Assembly (NCBI GenBank): GCA_977862235.1
Contig: OZ374565.1
Span: 1,550,001-1,614,000 of the forward strand
Reading direction: 5' to 3'
Source of the DNA: Dudresnaya verticillata
Lineage: Eukaryota
Length of the DNA stretch: 64,000 nt
Every line of letters begins with the position of its first letter. Position 1 is the first letter of the stretch. The notes beneath the pieces were generated by a model. That model did not search any database. It was not told the DNA's origin and saw only the letters and a program-made list of their open reading frames with translations. Position numbers and translations under genes: made by a program. Positions 22,877 to 35,043 of the stretch are shown in pieces.

Positions 22877-23852
22877 GTGTGCTACGTTGCAACGAGCTAC
22901 TCCGTCGTGCGACGTCCGACCTTCCGTCTCTAGACGTTCCTCGCTAATCGTCCACGACGTTCAAGCAACTCTACGACTGCATTATGGCCTCACGACCGCC
23001 GCCGTCGCGAGGCCCCAGTTCAAGAAGACCGTCATCGGCGCCGGGAAGTGCTCCCGCGTCGGAGCGGTCGCTACAGCGGATGACAACGAGGTCTGGGCGC
23101 CTCGTGAGCCCAGAGATCGCATCGGCCTTCCCAACTGGTCCGGGCCACGACCAATCCCACATATCGCTCAGCAGGGGAGAAGTACCTCCCCCGCTGGTAC
23201 CCGTCGTTATTCGCACCACCGTTCCGAACGAATCGGCCCTCCGAACTTACCACTCGCACGTGGATTCCGTGACACGGTACAAGCCGAACAGCGACCCGTC
23301 GAGGACGGAGCCCAAGCCGACATCGTCGAGGAACAACCGGAAGTTCCGGTTCACCAACCAACCTTACCCGTCAACGACGACCAGGGACGCCCTGCAGGGC
23401 GCGACGTCGTAGAAGAATCATCAATCCCAAGGGGCTGCTGCCCCTCACCCCACGGCAGTGCCGGATGTTCACCGGCCAGGCCGTTAGCGCAACCGCGCAG
23501 CACGGGAGGTCCGCCGCAGGCGTCGACCCCCGCGCACACACCGCCAATGGCGTCCCCAGCATCCGCCCGCGTTGGTAATCTCACGATACCTCGCGAGCGG
23601 ATTCGGGAAGTATGCGTCGCCGAAGACGATAACTTACTCGCTCGATTCGCGGAAATGCTCGACGAAAATGTTGGAGGTATTTTCAGCCGTCTGCAGACGT
23701 TGGAAGAATATCGGGACGGCGCCCTTCAAGGACTCCCCGTTCCGACCTTGACCGTCTGGTGACGAACCCCAACCACGGGGTAGATGCCCCGCAGCCAACG
23801 GCATTGAAGGCCCACTCTCAGTCTGAACTGAGTTCACGCGAACGTTTTCAAC

Positions 23853-25541
23853 GTGGCAACCCGCTTAGAGCGACTAGAAACCGCCAAATGGCACCAAGGG
23901 CCGCCGTCCGATGACGATAGTTCCGAGGAAGACCGTCGACGACGCAAAGATCGTAAGAGACGGGGCAAGAAACGCCGCAAGTCGCGTCATCGACGGAAGA
24001 AGAACCATCGCCGACGAGGGGACTCATCCTCATCCTCTTCAGACTCGTCTAGTGACGGCGGGTCAACAGACTCTTCGTCGTCAGACGATTACGACAACGT
24101 GACTCACGGCAGTGCAATGCGACCCCGCAGAAAGCGATACAAGGGACTGAAGGAGCTAAGCCCCTCCAATCCTCTCTTCGACCAGTTGCTATCGTACCGC
24201 ACATACCGTCTCCAAGACGTGGGACAGAAGCGCTCTGGACGCGAAACCGGGAAGGTCAAAGACCATATCAAGCGACTCGAGTTAACGATGAAGGACGCCG
24301 CCTTCAACGGCAGCGACCCCGTCATGGTCTTCGAATTCTTAACGCGGTTCGCGGATGAGGCGGACACGCTAGAGATGAGCGAAGCACAAGCGTTCATCGC
24401 GCTGCCGTACTTCTTAAGAGGTACGGCAGCGACGCAATTTCGCTCCGTCAAATCGACGTCCTCTCGCCACCGCGGCGGCGTATCATCGTACCCGGAGGCG
24501 GTGCACTATCTACTCTGCACACACTCCACGCCTTCGGCGATTCGAGACGCTGTCCTCGCTCTGCGGTCGACTAGTCAGAAGCAGGGCGAAGACGAGACGA
24601 CTTACGGCATGAGACTCGCCGGCGCAAGTATTCGTTGTGGTAACGTTTATCCCGAATGGGAAAATATGACACTGTTCATCGATGGGTTAGACCCGACGAT
24701 CAGGTCCTTAGTGGCCCGCTTCCGCGAAGAAAAGCCGAGGGCGGAGATATCTTTCGAACGTTTAGTCCACTTCGCCCAGGACGAAGGCGACGCGCAACGC
24801 GCAAGACACGGCAGGGCCGGCTCGACGTCAGTAAGACGGGATATATTGGCCCCAGCCCAAGCCGCTCGCGCATCGCGCCCCGCCATTGGCGACAACCGAA
24901 CGGGTATACGTCAACAGACGAGGGGCACGAAGCCTGCCGCACGTACTATGGTAGCGGAGTCCTCCGTTGAGTTCCGTGATGTCACCCGTCATGCGGACGA
25001 TATGGAAACACACGCCGATGGCAATCTCTATTTGGCCGATGAACAAGCATCAGTGCCAACGTCAGCGTTACCTACGGACAGCTACGTCGAAGACGGGGAC
25101 ACAGAGGCGATGGATCCTACACTCGCCTTTGGGCGTTCCGTTGTGCCCGCGCCACGCGTCCTGTACTCGGAGTATGCCCCCCACGTCCATCGGGCGAGGC
25201 CAGGTTGGCAAGATAGGGGTCCGCCCCGTCAAGACGCTCGCAGACAGTTGATCTGTCATCAGTGTCATGCCCGTGGCCACATCGCACCGGACTGTTTCCT
25301 CCGCATGAGCGAGTATATGAAAGCGATCGCCAACTACGAAGGCTTAACAGACGCCGAGAAGACGGGGGTCCCCGCCGATGCGTACACTCGGTACAAGGAA
25401 CGCGCTGCGCGCGAAGCAGCACGCCGTGCAGCACGACCACCGTCGCCACGAGGCGGACCTATGCCGCATGCAGCAGAGCGTCATCCGACGGTGGTCAATC
25501 GCTACACAGCGCCGCTACAACCGCCGCAGGCGAAACACTAA
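23853..25541 (+). CDS. gag: Gag of gypsy B (N-terminal part probably in 22887..23762)
   Basis: Homologous to A gag (YRTYRL, FNGSDP, FIDGL); CCHC knuckle CHQCHARGHIAPDC. Confidence 0.85.
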   Translation: MATRLERLETAKWHQGPPSDDDSSEEDRRRRKDRKRRGKKRRKSRHRRKKNHRRRGDSSSSSSDSSSDGGSTDSSSSDDYDNVTHGSAMRPRRKRYKGLKELSPSNPLFDQLLSYRTYRLQDVGQKRSGRETGKVKDHIKRLELTMKDAAFNGSDPVMVFEFLTRFADEADTLEMSEAQAFIALPYFLRGTAATQFRSVKSTSSRHRGGVSSYPEAVHYLLCTHSTPSAIRDAVLALRSTSQKQGEDETTYGMRLAGASIRCGNVYPEWENMTLFIDGLDPTIRSLVARFREEKPRAEISFERLVHFAQDEGDAQRARHGRAGSTSVRRDILAPAQAARASRPAIGDNRTGIRQQTRGTKPAARTMVAESSVEFRDVTRHADDMETHADGNLYLADEQASVPTSALPTDSYVEDGDTEAMDPTLAFGRSVVPAPRVLYSEYAPHVHRARPGWQDRGPPRQDARRQLICHQCHARGHIAPDCFLRMSEYMKAIANYEGLTDAEKTGVPADAYTRYKERAAREAARRAARPPSPRGGPMPHAAERHPTVVNRYTAPLQPPQAKH

Positions 25542-25719
25542 TAAGGGTACCGACTCCTGACACTGGGGTGTCGCACCACGCAGAGAGGCTTCCGCCTCGG
25601 GTGCTGACACGGAAGGAGTGCCCGAACTTAGTTAACAAACACGCCGATAGGCGGGTAGACTCGTCACGGACGTCCTTGAAGCGCCCCTGGCGTAGGTACC
25701 AGCCCCCACAAGCCCGGGG

Positions 25720-28700
25720 ACAGTTGCTCGTAATGGCCAAAAGGAACTACAAAGTATACGCCGATCTAGGCGAACTGTAGGCACCTTGGCACGTAAACTC
25801 ACTGTCCTCGACACGGGGGCTGGTCCGAATTTCATCCGTATTGACGATATTCCGCTAGAAGCGCGATCGCGGATCGTATCCAAGAGTCTCCCCGTCATAC
25901 CAGACGCTAACAACAAGGCGATTCAGACCCGGGGCACTATCGACTTAGTCGTACGTCTCGGACGAAGGGTCGTCAAGTTGGAGTTGATCGTCTGTGAACG
26001 GCTCGCTGCGCCGGTTATACTTGGTTGCGACTTTTGCGACCGCTTTGTCGAAGCGATTTATCCGCGGAGTCGCGAGATTGAGTTGGACGACGGGACCCGT
26101 GTTCCTATAACGCGCCGCCCGCTGCGCCGGCCCCCGTCGTACCCCCCGTTGCCAACGGAACAACAGTACGGCACGGCCGGAGGACGAACGTCGCCCAAGA
26201 TACGCGTTGCGGAACGAACAATCATCCCGCCACAGGCATAAAAGTGGATCTCGGTAACGACCGAGCGAGCAGGGGTCATTACCATCCAACCGTTTGGAAC
26301 TTAATATGATCGGCAAGCTTTGGCCGTTACTAACGGGGTCGCTCAAGTAGAGCCTCTGCGAGTGTTCCGGATTCTCGTCGCAAACTTCTCCCCGCGTCCG
26401 CAAGCGCTCGTCAAAGGACAAGTCGTCGCTACCGCGTTTCCACATCCCACAGCAGTGTTCCCCAGTCACATAAGCCTTGCCGATGTCCTAGGTATCACCG
26501 AGGAGCAGGCAGCGAGGAAGAGGCGAATCAAGATTTCCGTTTTCAAACGAATGATGGAGTAACGGCACTGCCGGATACATTCGCTAAGTCGATCGAAGCA
26601 ACTGTAGCGAAACCTCCGTCAGTGGACGAGTTGGACCTGAGTCATCTCTCAGCCGAACATCAAGGACGGCTGAAGGAGATGCTGCGCAGGTACTCGTCGA
26701 TGTGGGACGGTTCATTAGGAGAAATCGCAACCACGGAGCACTATATTGACTTGCTCCCCGGCTCCAGGCCGATTTCATCCCCGCCTTACCGCGCTGGCCC
26801 AAAGCAAAGGCAACTCTCTCAAGCGGAGGTGGATCGCATGTTGCGTCAGGGGGTTATCGAACCCGCATAATCGCCATGGGCGTCGTTGGTCGTCTTTACT
26901 CCCAAGAAGGACGGTACACTCCGCTTCTGCGTTGACTACCGTCGCTTGAACGCAGTAACGGTACGAGATACGTACCCTCCCCCACGACTCGACGAATGTA
27001 TTGACAGTCTAGGGGAAGCGAACGTCTTCACCACCCTAGACTGCAATAGTGGTTACTGGCAGGTGCCCATCAACCCGCGAGATCGCGACAAGACGGCGTT
27101 CACGTGCCATGCCGGATTGTTCCGCTACAAGCGTATGCCCTTCGGACTTACTAACGCACCGGCCACGTTTCAACGGACCCTCGATATCCTGCTTGCTGGT
27201 TAAAAGTGGCGCTCCTGCCTCGTCTACCTTGACGACGTGATCATCTTCTCGAACGATATCGACAGTCACTTCCGTCATGTTGACGAGATCCTTTCGACCT
27301 TGAATCGGGCCGGGGTAACATTGAAGTTAACCAAGTGCGACTTCTTCACCCCGACCGTCAATTATCTCGGCCATGTGATACGTCCGGGACGATTGGAAGT
27401 AGACCGTACGGTCACACCCGCGTTACGCGAGGCCAAGCATCCGCGGGACCAGAAGGAATTACGGAGCTTTCTCGGATTATGCAACGTCTATAGACGGTTC
27501 GTATCGCGATACGCGCATGTCGCCGCTCCCCTCAACAAATTGTTAAGGAAAGAGCAAGACTTTCAGTTACAACCGTTCACCGAGGAGCAAGCTCGGGCAT
27601 TCAGTACGCTTGTCGAAGCGGTGACTCACCCACCCATCCTGGCGTTGCCAGAGCAAGGACTACCGTACTCCGTCGATTGTGACGCGAGCGAATACCAAGT
27701 TGGCTGCGCACTCTTTCAAACGCAGCCCGACGGCGAACGGAAGCCGCTTGGCTTCTAGTCACGCTCGTTAACCGCTCCGGAGCGCAACTACTCGGTATCC
27801 GAAAAGGAATGCTTAGCGGTAGTCTGGTCGATCACGACGTTGACACCGTACCTTCAGATGGAGTCCTTCGTAGTCCATACGGACCATTCTTCATTAAGGT
27901 GGCTCATGGAAATCAGCGACCCCTCGGGACGGTTAATGAGATGGCGCCTTCGCCTCTCTGGGTTCGACTTCGTCGTGAAGTATAAAAAGGGGTACCTGAA
28001 TACTCAGGCAGATGCCCTCTCACGTCTACAGATGAACGGCGAAATTGTCGAGCCAATCGACGATGATATCCCGTGTTACCACGGGAGCTGCGTCAAAGAC
28101 GCGGACCGCTCGTCAGAGGACGGCTACGCTCACGAAGAAAGCGATACGTCAAACGCCAAGAGCGAAATCGATTTCTCCGAACGAGACTTCGAGTAGTTTG
28201 ACCAGATGTTGGTTACCAGCGCACCACCGGCGGATGAAGTGCTCCTCCTTCAATTGACGCATGAAGAGTTGGTGCATGATCAGGGCAGTGACCAGTACTG
28301 TTCCGAGATCCGGAAACGTCTAGACGACGGAGACAACCTACCGTTTGCAACGGACGAACAAGGACTATTGGTTCGGACCGTCGAGGCCCGACCCCAAGTC
28401 GTTGTACCATCCGCGTTACGCGTTCGATTGCTCCACCTCCGGCATCATGCTAAATTAGCAGGGCACCCCGGAGGGCGGAAACTATACCATACGCTTCGAC
28501 GCGAGTATTATTGGCCGTCTATGTCGGTGGACTGTTACGCGACCGTCCGCAATTGCGTTACTTGCGCGAAGAACCGGGTACTGATGCGAAAGAACGTGAG
28601 AGAGATGAAACTGTTCCCGGCAACCGAGCCTCTCGAGTTTGTGTCCATCGATATACTCGGGAGCTCATACGCACTAAGCGGGGGAATAAGTTCCTACTCG

Positions 28701-30283
28701 TCATCGTGGACCGCTTCTCAAAGCTGGTCCGGACGGTTCCCTTACGTAAGATTACGGCATTGGAAATCGCTAAGGCGTTTGTTGGACACTGGGTGTTTGT
28801 GTATGGCCCACCCAAGAAGCTGCTGTCCGACAACGGGCCGCAGTTCGTAGCCAAGTTGTTCCAGGACGTCTGCCGCATATTATGGGTGGAGCATCTCTTC
28901 ACCACTACATACCATCCGCAGTGTAACGGCCAAGTGGAACGATTCAATCGAACCATCCTCGCCTCCCTGCGTCACTACGTAGCAGACCACCCCAGGGACT
29001 GGGATTTGTTCACCGATGCCCTGACGTTCGCGTACAATACGCAACTGCACTCGTCTACCCACCTCGCCCCATTCGAGTTGGTGCTATCTAAGCCCCCGCG
29101 GCCATTGTCGCTGGAAGCGGAGCCATCGCTTGAAAGCGTGCCCACTGCCGGACAGTACTACACCAAATGGCGAACCTGGCTGTCCGCGTTGGTGGGAACC
29201 GCTAACGCGTCGCTCGCGAAAACGCAGGCGCGTTACAAACGGAACTTTGATACACGTCTGAGGAAATCGAAGGAGAACATCGCTGTGGGAGACTTCGCAT
29301 TCGTGCGGAAGGAATACTTCGCCCACGGCGGGAGCACCGATCGCTCAGAGCGCAAATACAAGCTCGCACCTGTAGCGGACGTACCGTATCGAGTAACACA
29401 CGTCGAAGACGGGACAGTCACCGTCGATAAGGGACGTGGCGAACGCGAACGCTTATCCCGAGACCGCGTGGTATGGGCGCCAATCCCACCAGGGCACACC
29501 GCCCCCGCAACCGTGCAACCACCGGGACCACCTGACGTACCGGGACCCACGGCCCCCACGTCAACCGACGAAGGAGCAGGAACCCCGGACACGCCACAGG
29601 CGGACCCGGCAGGAGGCACAGGGACACCGCGCAGCACGAACGACTCGCAGGAGCGGATGAATGCAACGCCACGAAGCCGCGGGTTAGCAGAGCTTTCGCC
29701 CTTTGCCGCTAACCCTGACGACGGCGTATCGCAATCCGTCTCCGACGAGGAGGAGGGTCCAGGCATCCGTACATGAATGGGACACGCAACCTCGGCTTCG
29801 CCGGCTACCACGGTAGGTCCCGCTTCGAGCGCATCGACTGACGATGAGGGAGACCGCGCTAACGCGAAGGACGCCGCTAGAAGCGAGGAACCAGTACGCA
29901 AAAGCGACGAACCACAACCCACTACGCAAGCGCTCGGGGCACCGACCCAGCGCCTCAGGCGATCGACTCGTCGAGTACGATTTGCCGAACCGGTGCAGAC
30001 GCCCATCACGGAACGAAGTGAGCCGCCCAAGGCGTTAGAACGGCAGGAGCCCACGTCGCTCGCTGCAAGCGAGAAGGAGTACGTTATCGAACGGGTTGAG
30101 TCGCACGCACACGCGGAAGACGGTGAGATCCTCTACCGCGTCAAGTGGTTTGGATACCCCGCTTCAGCGAATACCTGGGAACCCGTGTCCAGTCTACCGC
30201 GATCGCACGTCGTGCGGTATCACCGTCAGAAGCAAACGCGCCTGCCGCCAAACATCGACGACGCGCAACGCGGGTATCCCTAG
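25720..30283 (+). pseudogene. pol: Pol of gypsy B: PR-RT-RNase H-integrase-chromodomain, many stops and frameshifts
   Basis: LDTGAGPN; RFCVDYRRLN; MPFGL; YLDD (~27223); DCDAS; HPGG/CVTC; SDNGPQF; NGQVERFN; 'EYVIERVESH...YRVKWFGY...NTWEP'. Confidence 0.95.
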
Positions 30284-31488
30284 TCAGGGTGGACGCTGGA
30301 AGCGACAACACACGACACATACGAGCTGACGCGAACGTGCACTCGTTACGGACGACGGGGGCGACAGGCTGTAATCAACCGGATCAAGGACTACTGGGTT
30401 GGCGACACGCGAATAGGCAACCCTCTTCGGAGGGGGTCCGTAAGGACAGAGCAGCTGACAGTAGTCAGAAGGCGTGTGGAGGGCGCACGCACCACACGAA
30501 ATCGGGCAACAACGAAAAGGAAAATTTTAATGCGAAAATAATAACGCGGGCACCAGCCAGGCGGCGGCGCCCAACAAACGGGAACCTGACAAGTGTGTAC
30601 CCCAGCACTACGAACGCCCACGAGGCAACCAAGCACGGACGCGACAAACCGTCTCCGACGTCCTCGCCCAAGCGCGCCACTCACGGCCAAGTCCAAAACT
30701 CGTCACCCTTACGGGCGGCGCACGCAACCGCCTCGAGAGTGACGCTCGCGAACGTCAATGACGGGTCTCAAATCGAAGAAGGGGTCGCCCGCAAACATTA
30801 GAGAAGAAACAGTCGTCGAAGACGGAGATGGGCTACGTTTCGTGCATGACGCGCTAATCGCAAAAATGACTCCGCCACTGGGCGCGGCAGCCACGCCCAG
30901 GAGTCGCAGGAAACGCGCCCCACGCGCGGCGCATCGCCAAGCTAACCGTCCCCGACGCTAACCCAACATGCCCTACGTCAAAGACGAAAAGCCTACCGAC
31001 AAACGGCTCCCCAACTACATAGTCGCTCAACAAGCGGAACCACAATATGAACAAAACGACTAAGTCGGCATGAGAAAATGGACCCTCCCAAAAGGGGTTA
31101 CGCTACTGTAGCGGCATCGAGAAAGGAGAAAAACGCCACCAAGGCGGCACCGCCCCAAGCCTTTACGCAAACGCTACTTCAGCGAACAGACAACAACAAC
31201 GTCTATTCGAACGCGACCCGTCGGCTACATACTATTCGCTCTCGCAGCGCTCTACATCAAGCGGACACACAAGCAACTACGTTTTAACAACGGTCAAGTT
31301 TGTTCGGGCTTCACAAGCGAGGGTAACCCCCGTGCCCGCATGACCTTCCACCACGACCTACGTCGTGAGACGCGGCACTAACCGTCTATGACGTATGAAT
31401 CCCTCGCTCGCCGCCCCAACACGAGGCAGGCAGAGCGACACCACACGCGCTCTCGCGTTTGCTAACCGTTCTTAACGATCCAACAACG

Positions 31489-33770
31489 CTACGGTTTTTT
31501 CGTCGCAGACGGCTCAGATGGGGCATCATCCCCGACGCCATTGGGGGATTCTCTTAACGCCTCTTCGTAGAGGTCGTCTTCCGTCACTGACGATGCACTC
31601 GCAGCAGGGGCAGGGACGGACCGCAAGGGACCCGCCACAACCACTGCTGTCGAAGTCGCGACATCCGCCGCTGGCGCCGCATCTGGCTCACAATCCGCCT
31701 TAGGCGACGACTGTCCGTCAACCGCCATAGGCGCAACGTCAGGAAGCTCACTCGCCTTTGGCAGCGGAGCATCCTCAACCGCCTTGGGTGAAGTCGACGG
31801 CCCCGGCACCTCCGGTGACGGGACCGCATTAACCGCCAAAGGCGTTGAACGATCAACATCCGTCACCGACGAAGAGGCCACTAGAGCCTGCGGAACCGCC
31901 GCAGGCGCTACCATCGCACTCGCCTTTGGCGGACTTTTGTTAACAACGTCAGTGGACGCAATGGCGGACGAACCCGCACAACCCGCCTTAGGGGACAAAG
32001 GCTTTTTCGCCACTCTGTCATTAGACGCCGCACCTTCGTCGTTAGACGGCACAGTCGCAACGACGGTCGACGCCGGAACCGCAGCAACGCTGGGCTGCAG
32101 AGCAGCCAGCAGCGAGTGCCCGAGGGGCGTCGTGGATGACCTGCCCGACCCGTCAGTGACGACACCGGTAGCTCGCAAGAATGCGAGCACTGTGCTACGC
32201 TGCTCCTCAGTCCATTCGGGCACTGCAGGAGGGCGATGCGCACCGTCAGCGACGTTAGACACTCCACCTTGAGGCGTAACTACAGGCGCAGAACTCGCCA
32301 TGGGCGCAGCCATGATGGCATCACCATCACCCTCATTGACGGGCGCCGAGAGATCCAATGGCGCAACCGACGGCAAGCCAACAGGCACAACAGCCGACGG
32401 TCCTACCGCCGCTGGCGAAATCGTCGCGGGGGCTGTCGCTCCCGCAGAAAGCTCAACCGCCATAGGCGTAACGATGTCCGTCCCAGAAGGGTTAACTGGT
32501 CCGCTGTTAGCGTGGAACGCATCCTCCTCCGCCATCAAGGCGCTCCAGTGGGGTGGGAAATCCCCCGCAAAGTCGCAATTCTTGCGCAACCCACGTGGGT
32601 GATTCGCTGCCGTGAAGCGGTCCGTACGAAGATGGCTCTGAGCGATGTTCTCCGTTGTAAGACGTTTGGTCCACGGGTTGTACCATACCAAATCGCCACA
32701 GGCGGAACGATTCCTACTCATCGCGTAACGCGGACGGTTTACCTTACGGCGCCGGTTTCCCGGCGGCACAGCTGCCGGGTCGTCCCAGTTGACGTTATCC
32801 CCCACATGGCGTAGATCCCAGAACTCTTGGCAGTTCCTGGCACCGCCCAGTACTTCAGTCAAGCCAAGCCCGCCAAGGAGACTGAATACACGTGGCGGCA
32901 CATAATAGAGCCGGAAGGTGTCATACACCTCCCACATCCATGCGTAAGTTACGTTGACGACCCACTCGGTGAAAAACACGATCCAACATCGGGAGTACGG
33001 ATCCGTCCGCAACTCGGAGCCAATATACGTGACACACGGAGGCAATTCAGCCGCAAAGCCCTCGCAGACCTCAAAGTCCCGCCACAACGGCGGGACGCGA
33101 ATGAAGCAATGCGGCAACTTTTCCCGCTCAATGCGATCAACTTGCGTATCTTGATACGGTACAAAAACGCCTTTGCGGCGACGCGTTTCGCACTCCCAAC
33201 GGACGCAGCGCTCCCAATAGAAGGTGCCCGTCCTGTGCAAGTATCGGAAATCCGCTTTCAAGCGTACACCAAGGAGGTTAGCCTCCTGAAGCACCCGCGG
33301 CTCAGCCAAAACAGCCACAAGGCTTAATGACAACGTCCCAAGATGGTCCCCACCTACCTCACCATTTGTGCGGTACTGCCCTTCGTCAAATGCAAAGACG
33401 GTGGGCGTCAATACCGACCCCGGATAGCGGGTAAACCGCCGATACACGTCAACGACGAAACGCGCATGCGCATCTGCACGCGTCTGGCCGGCGGCAATAC
33501 GCAGCCAACCCCTCGGAATGGCGCACCGATGGCGCCACTCGTTCGTCCACACGACGGCCAGGGGCAACTCCCCTGGAAAAATCCGCTCACAGCGTAATGG
33601 TTGATGAGGTCCTCATGTCGCGGGGCCTCCTGGTCGAACCAGGGGGCCCGCGAGAATAAGCGGGCATCGTTGCGGGGAGTCCTCCCGACAAAGTCGAATG
33701 GTGACGGATACACCGGCGCCGCCGAAGGCGCAGCCACTCGTAGGCCGTTGAACTGTGCCATTACGTCCAA
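31489..33770 (-). CDS. Additional antisense ORF of gypsy B: Trp/aromatic-rich globular domain + Ala/Pro/Ser-rich tail, one frameshift near 33575
   Basis: 692-codon ORF 31489..33567 plus upstream piece 33408..33770, located between pol and the PPT. Confidence 0.75.
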
Positions 33771-34239
33771 GACGTTGAGTAATCACACGCCACTGGCGGA
33801 GTTCATACGATACGTCAATGACGGTTCTGGGACTTCGAAGTCGAGTCAACTACGCCAAAGGCGGAAGCACACAAAACACACGTCAACGACGCTAGACTGA
33901 ACGACGCCGAAGGCGGACCGCAAAGAAACGCCCTAGGCGGTAAGCGTACACACGCGTGCAAAGATGCGACGTCAACGACGGGGTTTCACGCACGCCACTG
34001 GCGAAGTTGGTCAACGACACGTCTTCGACGGGGAATCTTCCTACGCCAAGGGCGGGGAAAACTGCACGTGCGTCTTTGACGGGGCTCAACCAACGCCAAG
34101 GGCGGGCAAACGCAGACGCGAAGACGCGGGTGACCGACACGATCGGCACTGGAAGAGACGTAGGCGCGGGAAAGCAGGCAGGCTGAAGCAGGTTGACGTG
34201 TTTGCGTTTTCGGAGGGGGTCGTGTAGTGCCGGGGGGGT

Positions 34240-34895
34240 TGTGGTGAAGTGAGATTCGGCATCCGAAACGGTGGAAATGCATATAGTGTGGCCTGAACCG
34301 TTGTGGGATGTGTGCACGCGTACTCGTGTCGGTTTTGGGTGCATTGTTGTGTGCTGGCGTACATTGTTGTGCAGCAGTGGAGCGCACCAACCGAAGCGGA
34401 GTATTTGTAGTGTTTATTCTTTATTTTTAGTGAGTATCTGTACAGTATGTAGAGTAGTGCGCCAGCCAATGAGAATGCTGCGCATGTCCGTGTCGGAGAT
34501 TGGGACCAGCAGGGCCGATTCCACCATGGGTCCAGACCACTAGGGTCTGGCCCCCACGGACCGGACCGCTCGGTACCACCCTGACTTGTATATCAGGGTG
34601 GCACCGCAGCGGCTCCTAAGGTAAACGGGTAAGCAACCTTAGCCCAATCCTTTACGGTTTTCCCCGCGCCGAGCCCGTTGCGGTCTACCACCACCACCGT
34701 TACGGAGTCCGTCCCGGCACTTGTACCACCCCCTTGTCTGTTGCTTCCCAATATCCGTCTCGGTTAGCCGCTCGCTGTTCTCCCGTCTCGGTGCGAACTG
34801 CTCTACCACCCCGTGGAGGTAGTGTTGCTCTCGTCCGTTAAGGAAAGTCAGGCCAGCTGTCCGTCTCGGAGTTCGTGGGTTTTCACTACACCACA
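34240..34895 (+). repeat. 5' LTR of A2
   Basis: Direct repeat of 43126..43781; TG...CA termini. Confidence 0.97.
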
Positions 34896-35043
34896 TCTTT
34901 TGGTCTCCCGACCTAGAACACCGTCACGGTTGGAAGAAACAGCTGTCGAAATCCGCTACAGTAGGAATTCGGCTGTACCGACAACCCGTTACGGAATATT
35001 GGATAGACAAGCAAGAACAACCGTTGTGTTCCGTTGAGGTATC

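Larger units (their letters stand above)
21948..34239 (+). mobile_element. Ty3/gypsy chromodomain element B, decayed; 3' LTR cut after 17 bp
   Basis: 5' LTR, PBS, gag, PR, RT, RH, IN, chromodomain, antisense ORF, PPT GGAGGGGG (~34212) and TGTAGTGCCGGGGGGGT (34223..34239), which matches the 5' LTR start. Confidence 0.92.

Noticed and set aside
29233..30801. Long ORFs 29233..30054 (-) and 30145..30801 (+)
   Set aside because: GC-rich shadow frames overlapping integrase/chromodomain, with no motifs
21680..34239. Inversion between A1 and A2 explaining the TSD mismatch
   Set aside because: The A1 flank (GAACT on the element strand) does not match the A2 right flank GATTG
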